The position numbers and the translations under genes are program-made. Below, piece after piece: positions 13,339 to 27,800 of a DNA stretch of 64,000 bases. Within the stretch, counting starts at the first letter, position 1; each line of letters starts with the position of its first letter. Origin of the DNA: Callorhinchus milii (lineage: Eukaryota). Below the pieces are notes generated by a model. That model was given only the letters and a program-made list of their open reading frames with translations. It was not told where the DNA came from and did not search any database. The stretch is taken from contig NW_024704748.1 in NCBI RefSeq assembly GCF_018977255.1, positions 27,032,001 through 27,096,000 of the forward strand, in the 5' to 3' direction.

Positions 13339-14960
13339 CCTCCTTCCCCTCTCGTCCACACAAACCCCAGGCGGCGAGAACAACGGCTTGGAAGCTCTTT
13401 CAAAAGTTGGGAGGCGGCGCCGGTCGGTCGGTGGTGAACTCCATTCCCTGTCACAGCCCTTCAGCACCTGACGCCGCCGCCGCCGTCCGTCCGTCCGTTC
13501 GTCTGTCGCTTTGAAGCTGCGCGCCTGCGCACTGGAGCCTCCCCACTGGGCGAGGGGCGCTTACCCCGCCCGGTGCATTCTGGGCGCCCGCCCCACGACG
13601 TCACCGCACCTGACGCTCCGGGGGGGAGGGAAGCGCGCATGCGCCGGCCGTGTGGCCCACGTGAGGCGGGTTTCACGCCCAATTGGGCGGGTTCTTGGTG
13701 TTGTTATGATACAATTTGATCGAACGCCTCATCACGTCTTCGAGACGTCTCAAAGCGCTTCGCAGGATATATTGTAAAGCGGATTGACTGCGTATTGACA
13801 GGTGGCGTCCTGTAGCTCAGTGGTTAGAGCGCTCGCCTCGAAAGTGAGAGGACCTGGATTCAATTCCCAGGCGGGCGAAACTTTGGGCAAGTTTTCTGGA
13901 GGTAACATTAAAAAATTGGATCATCCAATCCACCACTGTGTGTGGGACGCTGCTGTGCTCAATTGGCTGCTGCATTTCACCCACAAAATATAGTCAATTC
14001 ACTTTACAGTATATTCTGTGAAGCGCTTTGAGACGTCTCGAAGACGTGATAAGGCGCTGTGTCAAGTGCAAAGATTATTATAAATTATTATTTTGTGGGC
14101 GAAACACAGTAGCCAATTCATGCGGCTTTGTCAGAGGAGCCGTCCTTCAGATGAGACGTTAAATTGTGGCCCTGATCTGCATGTTCTTCAGATGGACATG
14201 AAAAAGATTATTTGGCAATAATGGAAAAGAAACAGGTATCCTGGCAAACAGTCCTTCAGATTAACTGGTGCTTCATTTCATTCACTTATCCTGTTTTTTG
14301 GATACTGTTGGGTACATTGCTGAGTACAAATTAGCTGCCTTTTTTGTTCGCCTTTTTTGTAATGGTACACAGTCACTACACTTGCCAGCAATTCCCTGCG
14401 AAGCACTCTGAGACATTTCATTACAGGCACTACATTGGATGCAAGGATTGTGATTGTTATTTAAGTGGCTATATAATAATAATCCTTGCATTTGACATAG
14501 CACCTTATCGCGTCCTCCTCGAGACGTCTCAAAGCAATTGCAAGGGTTATTATTACTAGTAGTAGTCTGACTATTGAAGCCCAAATTGTAGTGATGGCAC
14601 CACCAACCCCAGGTCCAGGGGGTGTGGGGGTGTGGGGGTGGATTGGGACCTTGTCACGTGACGGGGGGGGTTTTTGCCGCCTCCGCGTTGGCTTCACGTT
14701 TCCCGGCTGTACCTCGCGCCTGCGCGGTGGATCGGTTGAAGATGGCCGCCGACATGAGTGTGGCGCTGGCGGCTCTGGTGGAGGAATTCGTTACCGGGCA
14801 ACAGGACAGCGCGGCCAAGGACATAGCCACAGGTAGGGCCCCCGATTATCATTGGCCGTGACTGGGGGGGGGGGAGAGAGGGGCTGTGCGGGAGAGGGGA
14901 GGGGAGGGGAGAGTGTAGGCGGGAGGCCCTGCCTGGCCGGCCCGTTACCCTGGCAACGGG
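13100..14960. promoter_or_regulatory. Divergent CpG-island promoter region of UBTD1 and MMS19, split by SINE insertions
   Basis: CpG-rich blocks at ~13.1-13.7 kb and ~14.6-14.96 kb. NRF1-like GCGCCTGCGCA 13521, GCGCATGCGC 13635 and GCGCCTGCGC 14716; E-boxes CACGTG 13658 and GTCACGTGAC 14653; CCAAT 13679; RFX X-box GTTACCCTGGCAAC 14944. Confidence 0.75.
13802..14082 (+). mobile_element. SINE between the UBTD1 and MMS19 promoters, with an inverted SINE tail at 13700-13800
   Basis: Head GTCCTGTAGCTCAGTGGTTAGAGCG, core and tail present. Confidence 0.8.
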
Positions 14961-17900
14961 GGGGGGGGGGGGGAGAAGAGAGATGGCTCCCCTGTCTCTA
15001 GTTTGTCAGCACATTTCTCCCTCTGCCCCCTTTCCTCTTTCTCCCTCTCATTTTCCCTCTCCTTCCCTTCTTCTATGCCCCCCCTTCCCTCTGCCCCCCC
15101 TTCCCTCTGCCCCCCTTCCCTCTGCCCCCCCTTCCCTCTGCCCCCCCTTCCCTCTGCCCCCTTCCCTCTGCCCCCCCTTCCCTCTGCCCCCCCTTCCCTC
15201 TGCCCCCCCTTCCCTCTGCCCCCCCCTTCCCTCTGCCCCCCTTCCCTCTGCCCCCCCCTTCCCTCTGCCCCCCCCTTCCCTCTGCCCCCCCTTCCCTCTG
15301 CCCCCCCTTCCCTCTGCCCCCCCCTTCCCTCTGCCCCCCCCTTCCCTCTGCCCCCCCTTCCCTCTGCCCCCCCCCTTCCCTCTGCCCCCCCTTCCCTCTG
15401 CCCCCCCCCCCCCTTCCCTCTGCCCCCCCTTCCCTCTGCCCCCCCCTTCCCTCTGCCCCCCCTTCCCTCTGCCCCCCCCCCCCCCCCCCCCCCTTTCCTC
15501 TGCTCACAGTGGAATAGACTAATAAATGATTTACAATTTAGAAGTGAATTCTAACTGTGCTCTAGTTATTAACTATCGTGTGTTCTGGTTTGTTTTAGGT
15601 GTCATCGATGGGAAATATGCGGCGCTAGACGTGGTAGAAGCTTTGGGGTAAAGTAATGCTTTATTCTTCGACCTGTTGCTGGCCCTCTGTGTGGTTCCCA
15701 GTTCAATTGTGACAAATCTCAGAAACTTCACTATCGTACCTCAGTTAGTCTTTGTGTTGTAAGAGGGACTCAGTGGCTCCTGGGAGGATGTGGGTTTAAG
15801 TCCCACACTAGAACATGAGCTCCTATTCCAGACTGACATTCCAGGACCGCTCCAATTAAACATTGCCTTTTCGGACATGCTGAGTTTCGGGTGAGATGTT
15901 ATCCCAAGCTCCTGTTCTGCTAGCTCAAGCGGCTTTTGAAAACCTGACAGTGCTCTTTCGAAGAAGAACAGGGACTTCACCTCATTGTTGTGTAGGATGT
16001 TGCCGGAAGCACATTGGTTGCTGCGTTTGCCTACGTGTCAGACTTTCAGTGCACTTCAAAGTAGCTGATTCCGTGAAGTGCTTTGTGATGTATCATCACG
16101 ATAAGGCTCTAGATTAAATGCAAATATTTATTATTAATTATTTAAGCAAAGTGACCAATTACGATAAGTAAAGGATACTTTTTTTTCACCCAAGAGGATG
16201 GGTGTGTGTACCTCAAAGAGTTAGTGAGTCAACCCTGAAATAAACAGCTTCACCAAGATCCTTGTAAATAAAACACAGCCAGGGGTTAGCACTTGTTTCT
16301 TGTAGAATATTTACAGGGCAAAAGATGTAAAGTTTGACCCATCACCTCGGTGCTGGTGCACCGTTCTTGCTGGAGTTACCTTTCCAAATACTAGCGCCCA
16401 TCACTTTTGCTTACCCTGTATGCGCCTGAAACTCAGTCACATATTTTCTCATTGCCGTCTCTTTTATTTTAACCTGACAGAACATGTCTCACCAATCCTG
16501 AGCCCAGAACACGAGGCCGGGGAGTACAGCTTCTCTCTCAAGTCCTGCAGGTCTCATACTCAATCCTCAAACAGAAAGAAGGTAAACTGCAAGACCAAAT
16601 CCCAAATTTGATATAAGTGAATAAGTAAAACTGGGTAAAGTTTTTATCTTTCATCTGTGCATTTGTTAAGAAAGCCTTGTTGTGTCCACTGGTACTGAAT
16701 CCCAGAAGGTTGCAACACAGGAAAGATTGTTTGGTCCATCAAACTTGTGCTAGTATTTTCTCCACATGAGCCACCCAGTCTGACCCCACTCTCCCCTTCA
16801 CTCTAAATACCTTTAAATATTCCTCCTCTTCAAACATCTGTCTAATTCTCTTGTCTCTACTTCAATCCAGTTTTTTTTCAGGGAATTCCTCATTCCCATC
16901 AACTTCTTTGTGAAGACTTTTTTACTTTACCTTTCATACTTTGCTGTCACTGACCTGGGTGAGTGGATAATTAGTGTAGAGCCAGCTTTACTGTGTCCCT
17001 AACTCGTGCTGTTGCTGACCTTGGAGTACTGGACAGACAGTGTAGAGCCGGCTTTGCTCTGTATATAACTTTTGCTGGAGCTGGTTAGGGAGTGCTGAAT
17101 GGGATAGTGTAAACTCAGGAGTACTGGATGCTGACACTGGCCAAATGGCATAGCTTTCAGTTCCCTACCATTGAATTCCCTTCTCTTATTGTAGCTGTGT
17201 TTTCCTTTGGCTGAAGGAGTTATTTCTGTGAAGGTTATGGACGGCAGAGGAGGGGAGACAGAGAAGCATTTGGCAATTCTGGCTCGCTGCATTGCGTCCA
17301 TCAGCTTTATTTACAAATGTTTTTCAAACGTGATTCTGTTGACATAGCCAGACCTTGGTGTCCACCTGTGAATGCCCCTGATAGCAGAATGCACTTTGTT
17401 CCTCTGAGATTCTCTTTCTAGATTGAACTTCAGTCCTCCTCAAAACTGTGCGAGTGAGAGGGCTGGAGCTGGTGACCTTGGCTTTGGGCTGTTGTGTAAA
17501 TTTTCTCTCCTGTGGTGGATAAGCATTGCTATTCTATTATCAATATACGTCATTCTTATGATTATTATGAAGGCACAGAGACATTTGAGAAGGGGATTCT
17601 TTGAATATAGTTTACTTTGCTCCCCTATCTCGCTGCTCTCAAGCCTCCTTTGCCTCTTGGCTACTGTGTTTTCATAGAGTCAGAGAACGTTACAGTACAG
17701 AAACAGACCGTTTGGGTCACCCAGTCTGAGCTGATGTTTTTCTCCACATGAACCCTCCCAGTCTAATCCCCCTTTCTTGATGTGCTTGTCTTTCAGTGGA
17801 GGTTCTGACCATCTTCTATATCGATCGGTTAAAGGACCATCACCTCATTACCTCCCACGTGCTTCAAGGAATGAAATTCCTGGTAAGGATGTATTGTTTG

Positions 17901-20900
17901 TGTATTTATTATGTGGTCGGGGGTGCGACTGATGTGGAAATGGAATACTGTTCACTGTTAGGGTGAGTATCAAGGGATATGGAGCAAGGGCGGGTAATTG
18001 GAGTTGAGGTACAGATCAGTCATGATCGTAAAGAATGGCAAAACAGGCTCGAGGTGCTGAATGGTCTAGTCCTGTTGTTCCTTTGTTTATGTTTTTCACA
18101 CACAACGAGAGTCGGTATCGGCCTTTCAAGGTTCAGGCACGGCACACGTTCAGTCTACATTGAGCAAAGCTTTTTCTTTTCTGGCTCTGCTCCGTTTCCC
18201 ACCCCCTTCCCCCATGTGGCCTCCCTGATTTCTCTCACGCCCTGTGCTCTTGGCCTCAGTGAGGCAGAAAGCATGTCGATGAACCTGACATAGAATGAAG
18301 GAAAATCAGAATGAGCGCACTTGATTCCACAGCAAAAACTATTGTCAACAACAACTTGGATTTATATAGCGCCCTCCATGCCTGACAGCGTCTCAGAGCT
18401 TCACAGTAACGGATCCCGGGGCCGAGCCAGGGGGAGGGGGAGGAAGGTGACCAAAGGCGCGGTTTAAAAGAAAGGTCTTCAGCATGTCAGTCTGTCTCTG
18501 TTGGTTTAATTTCAAGTTATTTGGCAGAGGGCACTGAGGCTAACACCCTGACTAAGCTCAGTGAACAACATGATTACTGAACATGCTTCATATCTGGGAC
18601 TTGTTTGTTTACCTCAGAATCTTCCTCACAGGGATGATAATTGCTAACAGTGTCTTGAGGAGCAGTACATTAGCAGAGGTGTGACTTGAGCAACAACAAC
18701 TTGCATTTACACAGCACCCTTCACACGGAGCAGCGACTTACAGTGCTTAACGGTGGTGGTGCCTGACGCCGAGTCGGGGCGGGAGGAGGTGACCTTAAGC
18801 ACAGTCGAAGAGGAAGGTGATCAGTCGTGATCCAGAAGAGGGGAAGGAGGGAGGGAATGTGGGAGGGGGTTCCAAAGCACACAGTACAGTGGGTTTGTGT
18901 TACAGAGCATCTGTCATCCATTCTCTCTCGCCCCGTATTCATTTTGCTTTCCCCCATTTAGAGCTTGAGCCCAGTTCTGCCAGAAGGCTTGGCCGTGGCT
19001 ACTTTGAAGGCCTTGTTTCAGGAGGTGCACGTACAGGTGAGGATGAGATGCCAGGTGGCTGTGATTGATAGACAAGGCCTGTAACATTCCGGTGATGTCA
19101 CTGCAATTTCTCCATATGAAACGTGATGATTTTGCTTCCCAAGATCAGAAGAGAGGATGGGATGTAGAAGACCTTTTGATCTGGTATTCCCCTCAATATA
19201 GCCAATATCCTGTGATGGTTGCTCTATAATAATAATAATCCTTGCATTTGATATAGTGCCTTATCACGTTGTTGAGACATCTCAAAGTGCTTCACAGAAT
19301 ATACTGTAAATTGTAGTGACTATGTATTTAATTGGCGAAATTCGGCAGCCAATTGTGAACATCAGTGTCCCACAAACAGTTTTGGATTGAGTGACCAAAT
19401 TATTCTTATTAATTTATTCTCTGCCAGATATTGTCGGCAGATATTTGAGTTCAGATTGTTTCAAAGGATTCACCTTCACCTCGTCCCTGCAGCAACATTA
19501 CAGCAAAAAATTGTCCATTCAACTGAACATATTTAACTTGCTTCTCTGTCTGTCTGCCTCCCTCCCCCTCCTCTTAAGGCTGTGTGAGAAGTTTGCATAT
19601 GAACAGTTTTCTCAGTAGCTTCTGTTTGTGTTATACTTCTTTCTGATCTTTGACTTTGATTTTCTCTCCCCTTCCCCCACAGTCTCTGATGCAGTCTGAA
19701 AGGCATTCAGTGTACAGCATTATCTCAAACTTCATGGAAACCAGAGAGAAAGGTATTGGTTCTTTTTACATTACTCTGTGCAATCAGCTGAGCATTTGCC
19801 TACAACACCACTCACCATGCCTGACTGTAATTACTTGCAACAGCAATAACTTTTACATGCATTTACATAGCGCCCTTCACGCAGGGCAGTGTCTTGGAGC
19901 ACTTAACAGTGGCGGAACCCAACCACGAGCGGGGAGTAGGGAGGAGGTGACTAATGTGTTGGATTTCAGAGCTGTCTGTGACCTATTATTGTTTTATTCT
20001 CCATTTCAGAGCTGAAAGGTTTAGGGGCAGATTTCATATTCGGTTTCATTCAAGCGATGGATGGCGAGAAGGACCCCAGGAATCTCCTGATGGCCTTTCA
20101 GATCAGCAGAGAGATGGTCACCAAGAAATACGAGCTTGGTATGCAGCATCTCATGATTTCAGTTCATCCTTTGTTTTGGTCAATTGTAAAATGTTACAGC
20201 TCCAAAGAGGTCATTCAGCCCATTGCGCCTGTGCTGGTTCTCTGCAAGAGCTGTCAATCTCACTTCCCAAACCTTTCCACAGAATTTAAAGAAAAAGTCA
20301 AATTTCTTTCAAAAATGATTGAGGATTGTTCATCAACCATTGTTTTTCCTACAAACCCTGTTATAAGGTAACTTGTTTGCCTATAATGTGGGTCTCTTGT
20401 AGTTGGGCGGAAACCACCTGGCTTCTTCCACTAATAATCGGCTGTTACTGACATTGATTTCATGTCATTTCATGAAGGAAGCGATGTCAGCGTTGTTTCC
20501 TGTGCATTGATTCCATGTGCAGTGGACAGGAAGTGACATAGTAACGACCTGATGACCCAGATGGTTGCCATTTTTATAAGCGTGTTTCCTTATAACATGA
20601 CAAATGAGTTTATGGATCCAATCGGCATGTCACAAGGGGTCACCCTGTAATCACTGTAAAGCGTCTTGAGACCACCATTGGTGGTCAGGCCTTCAGCCTC
20701 GCTGCCCCTTTGGAACTCCATCTCACAGTCCCTTTGCCTCAATCCCTCTCTTGCCTCCTTCAAGACATGTCTCAAGACTGTCCTCTTCAACCCCGCCTTC
20801 TGTCATCTCCTACCCCCACCCTCCCTGCTCTCCACCCCTACTGATCCCAACCCCCTACTCGGGTTCCCTGACTGTCCATGCCTTGGGACGTTGAGACATT

Positions 20901-23900
20901 TTGTTGTGTGAAGTGGTCACTATAAAAATACAAGTTCTTCAATTGAGCTCACGTTTTTGTTGCAGGAGCCTTCGTGGAGGAGCTGTTTGAAGTCACTTCA
21001 TGCTACTTTCCTATTGACTTCACACCAGTAAGTTTACCGATGTTCCAACGTTGGGAATTTTTTCAGGCGGAAAGAAATGAGGCTTAGCTTAGGGTTGAGG
21101 ACATATTTACAGCTTTACAAGTCTTATTAATGAGCGGTAATCTTCTCTATTACACGTCTGAGTAATGAGCAAGACAGGCAGCCAAACAACGTCTCAGATT
21201 ACTGTGAACATGCCTGGATTCACAGTGTCTCCTCGGAGCTCGTTCACATTACCCATTTTGTCCACAAGGTGTATTCTGCTCATTTTGTTGACTTCAGAAG
21301 GAGACGGGTTAATTGGACCCATTGGGATTCAGTACCAGAAATCTTGTGCCAAGTCGGCTAATTGAGCTATCCTGGGGCAATGTTATGAAGCCTAGGGAGA
21401 GAAGGGGATGAGATTTGCTGACAACAGAGTGAGGATGCCAGGTGGGTGGAGTTGGAACCGTGTTTAGGATGGGTTATTGTGAGCTCAGGAGGAACGAGAA
21501 GACATTTTCCGTTGCTCGGAAAGCTCTTTCTGACCCTGTGCTTTACTGTGTCTCATTTCTTGCAGCCACCGAATGACCCGCATGGCATATCGCAGGAGGA
21601 GTTGATTCTCAGCCTGAGAGCTATATTGGCTTCCACACCACGGTTTGCAGAGGTATTTGCTGTTGATTTCTCTGTGGGCTCAATTTCCAATCCCCCCTTC
21701 GCTCTCCCCCATCCCCCCATATGCTGGATATGCAACAACAGCAACTTGCATTTGTAAAACACCCTTCACACAGGATAGTGTCGGGAAGGGGGCAGTCGAA
21801 GAGGTAGGTCTTAAGGTAGGATTTAAAGGGGGTGAGGTGGAGGGATTGAGGCAGTGAATCTAGAGGTTTATCTGCAGTATAATTAGAATGCACAAGGAGG
21901 GAAGTATTATTGTGACTGTTCAATGCACCTGTGAGACCACAGTTTAGGACTTGTGCAGTTTGGGCATCTTGATACAGAGAGGATGTGGTGACTTTGAAGC
22001 GAATGCAGTGTAGGTTCAAGGAAATGGAGAGATGATTGCGAAAGATAAATATCAGAGTATGTGGGGAGATGGCAGTGTAGTGTGTGTGGTGCTGTGGATG
22101 GTCTGAGCCTGCTCCTGTGTGTCGCTTGATGTAATATAGGAGTGAAATCAGGAGGCAGTTTTTCACATAAAGGGTAGTGGAAATCTAGAACTCTCTCCCC
22201 CAAAAGGCTGCGGATGCTATTTCTATTCACATTTTCAAGACTGAGGTGGATAGATATTTGTTAGGTCAGGGAATCAAGGTATATGGGGTAAAGGGGGGGT
22301 AATTGGACTTCAGGTACTGATCAGCCATGATTTTATAGAATGGCAGAACAGGCTCGAGGGGCTGAATGGCCTCCTCCCGTTTCTGTGAAGGTTTATATTA
22401 ATTTATTCTGATACCAACAGTTCCTGTTGCCTCTCCTGATTGAGAAGTTGGACTCGGATGTTCAGCCTGCCAAGGTGGACTCTCTCCAGACTCTGGTAAG
22501 CAGAAGCTTCATCATTCAAGCTACCATTCACCAAGAACCTGTTGCATGCCTAGTAACAGAGCAGTCCTGGTTCCTGATTGAGAAGGAAATGACATTATTT
22601 GTTAATGTGGGGAAAGGGTGGGGGTGGGGTGGTGGTAGGTAGGCAGTGGTCCCTGGGGGATGGGAGTCTTCCTACCTGCCTCCTGGTAAATCTGAGCCAA
22701 TGTCCCGATGGTGCTAGCTGGACAAGTGTTATACTGGATTGTCCACAAAGTCCTCTACAAACAACAATGGGCCTTCAGAGGAGCTGAAACAAGCTGTCAG
22801 AGCTGCATTTCACCTCCTCACTTCATCCATGTTACATAAGATGTGATGGATCATTATCTGCCATGAAAATGATGGCAATCACACACACACTGATCCTCTG
22901 GGCATCTAAATACAGATAAACACTTGTACTGAATAGAATTAAGTACTTCTGAATACAATTAGCATCATTCGTCCACGCATTTCAGTTGTTGGTCAGTGCG
23001 CCGTAGGGAAAAAAAACCTGAGGGTTGGGATCAAGAAGGTGGAGAACAGGGAGAGTGGGGGTAGGAGGGTGACCGAAGGTGCGGTTGAAGAGAAGGTTCT
23101 TGAGGTAGGGACACATTGTAGGGTCAGTGGCTGACTGAGAGTTGCCGTTAGCTATGATCGGGAGGTGGTTTAGCTGAGGGTAATTATCAGGTTAGTGTAA
23201 CTGATTAAATACCAGCGTCAGGCCCCTGTTTACCGAGCTCTTGTGTTTTTCCTGTGTAGACCGCCTGCTGCAATGACTATAGGAAGAAAGAGGTGAAGGA
23301 CTTCCTCCCGGCTCTCTGGTCTTCCATACGCAGAGAGGTAAGCCTCTGCGCTGAGCCAAGCTTACCTCTGCTGTTCTGATAAAGCGTTGGTTCTGTTCCC
23401 CATTCTCACTGCTGGCGATCAGAGCACTGTCTGTACTCGCTTGGTGTAACATGTCTGAACATATGTGTATTATGTGCTATGTGTAATGCATGTGTGTGTG
23501 TAGACCATACGTTTCAGAGTTTATGTTCCGTGTGTATACCGAAGGAAATAATTCTGTAACTAACCAATGTGAGGTTATTAGTTCTTATTAGTATTAATTA
23601 ACAAGCAATCAATTCAGCAAATAATAATAATAATTTGGTCACTCAATCCACCACTGTTTGTGGGACACTGCTGTGTGCAATTGGCTGCCGCGTTTCGGCC
23701 ACAAAGTCAATTCACTTTACCGTATATTCTGTGAAACGCTTTGAGATGTCTCAGAGACATGATTAGGAGCTATATCAAATGCAAGTATTATTATTATTTA
23801 TTGGTGAGAGGGGAGGGGGAAGATCCCTATCACTTTGCCCAGGTGTTTGTATTAAATCTCTCTGTCTGTGCAGGTATTTCAGACGGCCAGTGAGAAGATT

Positions 23901-24548
23901 GAATCCGAGGGTCTGTCCGCACTGCAGGCTCTGTCCACCTGCCTGTCCAGGTCTGTCATCGATTCGGACGCTGAGGATTCCTTGGATTCCTTCCTGAACA
24001 ATGTCTTACAAGGTTTCTTACTCCACACGCCTCTGTTTATCGAGCAGTAAATAGGAACCCAGTTGTTAGTCGATTGGCAGATCATTTTTTCGGGGGGAAT
24101 AATTCCTTCAAAAAGAAAAATACTAATTTGGTCACTCAATCAACGACTGTTTATGGGACGCTGCTGTGCGCAATTAGCTGCTGCGATTTCCCCCTAAAAT
24201 ATAGTTAATCATTTTACAGTATATTCTGTGAAGCCATTTCAGATGTCTTGAAGACCTGATAAGGCGTTATATCAAATGCAATGATTATTATTATTATGGT
24301 TGGGCAACTGATTGAGTAACTAAGTGCTTCTCAATCTCTGTCTCCTCTCTTGTCTCTCTGTCTCTGGATCTCTTAACAAAGATTGCAAGCACCACCTGTG
24401 TGAGCCAGACATGAAGCTGGTGTGGCCGAGTGCCAAGCTCCTGCAGGCAGCAGCGAGTGGCTCGCACCGAGCGACCTACAAGATCACCACCTCTGTCCTG
24501 CCGCTGTTACTGGAGGAGTTCAACAAGCACACGCAGGTAAAGCCTGGC

Positions 24549-24585
<37 letters not shown>

Positions 24586-24854
24586 GGAACAAGACATTCA
24601 CTGGAGTCGTGCTCATAACCCTTGTTTGGTACAGGACCCCGCAGTTTGGAACGTCTTGGAGCAGTTCACCAAATATTGCTGTCAGGTGCTGGAGTTGCAA
24701 AAAAAGAAATAGTCACACACACACACATATTTATATGGGGTGTATTGTTATCAAGGACATTGGGAGAAACTCTTCTTTTTTTTCCTGTTGTGTCACAATG
24801 GATCTTTGACATCCATCTGAACAGGACAATGGGACTTTGGTTTGAGCACAGCAC

Positions 24855-24885
<31 letters not shown>

Positions 24886-27800
24886 ATCTTTCCATTTGGT
24901 AACGCGCCTTATCACGTCATTGAGCCGTCTCAAAGCGCTTCACAGAATATACTGTAAAGTGAACTGACTGTATTTTGTGGGGGATAATGCAACGCTCCCT
25001 CAAGTATTGTACTGGAGTGTCAACCAAGGTTCTCATGACCTCTGACCCACAACAAGGGTCCTGCAGTCTGTGTTGCATCTTCCTGCAATATTCCTTCGCG
25101 TTGTTGCGGTCTGGAACGCTCTGCCTGAAAGGCTGGTGGAAACGGATTCAATAACAACTTTCAAAAGGGAATTGGATCGGGACTTGAAAAGGAAAAATTT
25201 GCAAGGGTACGGGGAAAAAGCGGGGGAGTGGGACTGATTGGGTGACTCTCCCAAAGAGCCGGCAGAAGCACGATGGGTCGAATGGCCTCCTTCTGTGGCA
25301 TACGATTTTATGATTCTACATGGATCTAATGGGAGGAAATTCCTTTCTCTTTTGCAGAGCAGCCAGCGATGGACGATCCTGGGAATACTGGAGAGTTTTA
25401 TTAAACTGACGCACAAGTGGGAGCGAGGCGAGGACGGTGAGTTGAGTGATGTCAACAACAGCAGGAGCTACAACTTGCTTTAATTAGCATCCCTCATGCA
25501 GGATAGCCTCACACACTCACTCACCTATACACACACACACAGTTCCATGGATGCCGGAGAGCACCTGTGGAACTGCACCCCTCCCAAACACACACCTCTA
25601 GAAGGACAGACTTGGAATGCCTTTAAGGGTGGGATAAAGAAGTGGACAGACTGTAGCAGTGGACAGTGAATGTATTGATCTCTTGTTCTGTTTTATTTCC
25701 CCGCACACACAGATGATAATCCTCTGAGTGCCTTTAAGGATCAGCTCTGTCTACTGGTGTTCTCTGCCCTGACTGACTCCAGTGTCCAATTACAGATTGT
25801 GGGAACCAGTACGTTGGCCGTCCTGGGCACACAGCAAGGTGATCTCCTTCACACTGACACCGTTTGAGCATCCTTTCATTGTGTGGAGTAAGGAAACCTT
25901 AGGCAAGTTTCCTCACTCCACACGCCTCTGTTTGCCGAGCAGCAAGTAGGACCCAGTTGTTATTTGATTGGCAGATCGCATTTCTGGGGATAATAATCCC
26001 TTCAAAAAAAAACATTTTGTGTTTTAAATTGGTCACTCAATCCACGATTGTTTGTGAGACAAAAATAGAGAGAGCTGAGAAAACCCAGCAGGTCAGGCAG
26101 CATTATGGAGAAAGGAAAGTGAGTGAGAACGAACGCACAATTGTTTGTGAGACAATGCTGTGCGCAATTAGCTGCCATGTTTCAGCTAAAATCACACAGG
26201 CAATCCACTGTACCTCTATTCTGTGAAGCGATTTGAGACATCTCAACAACGTAATAAGGCGCTATATCAAATGCAAGGATTACTTTCATTTCTGTCTTCA
26301 CATTGCAGTAGACCCTTTGTAAAACTGGTGGACCATACCCCTTAATTCCCCCAATTCATTCCTGAGTATGCGCTCTCTAATTTGAATCATAAAATCCTAC
26401 AGCACAGAAGGAGGCCATTCGGCCCCTTCGTGCCTTTGCCGGCTTTTTGAAAGAGCTTCCAGTCAGTCCCACTCCCCCACCTTTCCCCATAGTCCTACAA
26501 TTTTTTTTTCTTTTCACGTTTACACCAAGGGCCTCAACTGATCCAGTTGCCTCTCATTTATGTAACCGTGTGTCAGTGTCTGGTCAGTGTGTAACTCTGT
26601 GCCCTCTCTCCTGCTGCAGGCTTGTTGGCCACTGCTGATGTGAAGTTAGCCGTCGATCATTTGAACAGACTTATACTAGAGGAGGGTGACCCACAGGTTT
26701 GGTGAGGATATGTTAAGCTCTCCCGACTGCACAAACCCTACACACTGGCCGAACACACGCTGGCCGTGGGCTGTGACCACAGTCTAGCACGTTCCAGGGT
26801 GTCAACGTGCCGACAGGGAGTTGGACATGAGATGTTGTCTGTCGTCTTTCCCCTCCATCATCCTCCACCAACAGCGGAGTCCCAAACTTGGGGATGGTGC
26901 TGTGAAGCCTGGGAGTCAGCCCGGGCTGGGGAGAGGTGGGGCAGGCGAGGGTGGGTCGTCTGGGAGGCCTATCACGTAAGGTCAGTGGGGCGGAGGGGCA
27001 TCACGCTGAGCTTTGTCTCTCTGCCCACAGTGCTGCAGCGATGGCAGCCTCGGTCACCATGTCCCGGATACACCCCTCCGCCTTCATCACCAGGATGGTG
27101 CCAGCGATGACAGGGGAGCTGAGCACAGGTAGGCACCCGTGTGAGCTCACTGCAGAGACCAGGCTCGAGCTCCAACAGTTTATACAGTCCAGGGAATGGG
27201 GACACGCCCATTGGGTCTATCACACTTGCTCCTCTCTTGTCAGTGAGGCTTGTGTCCTCGGGTGTTTACCCAGTGAATGAGCCACAAACTGACTGACAAC
27301 CACAGACTGTAACCAGGACCTTGGTTTACGTCTCTTTCAAAGGACAGCACCTCTGACAACCCAACACTACCCCAGCGCTGCATTGGAGGGTCAACAGTGA
27401 CCATTGCTGAGTGAGAGGCCGGATTCTGCCAGTCTCTACCCTCTGGTTGCGAAACATGTTGGGAAGTGGAGTTGTTTAAACCCTGCTTTCTCCTGATCCC
27501 AGGCCACTGTTTCCGGAGACAGAGAGCAAGATCCTGGCGCTCTCTCTCTCTCTCTCTCTCTGTCTCTCACTCTGTCTGTGTGTTTGTTCCCTGTGTGTGT
27601 GGCAGAGCCAATGGAAGTGAAGGAGAGCAGGGGGTTGCTGAAGGCTCCACGTCAGCGCTGTGTGCAGGCACTGGCTGCCATCTCCACGCACCCCGACGTC
27701 CTGAGGCACACTGTGCCAGTCTTACTGCGCCATCTCATGGACATACAGAAAGGTGAGCATTTGTGGAGTCCTGTAGCTCAGTGGTTAGAGCACTCGCTTT

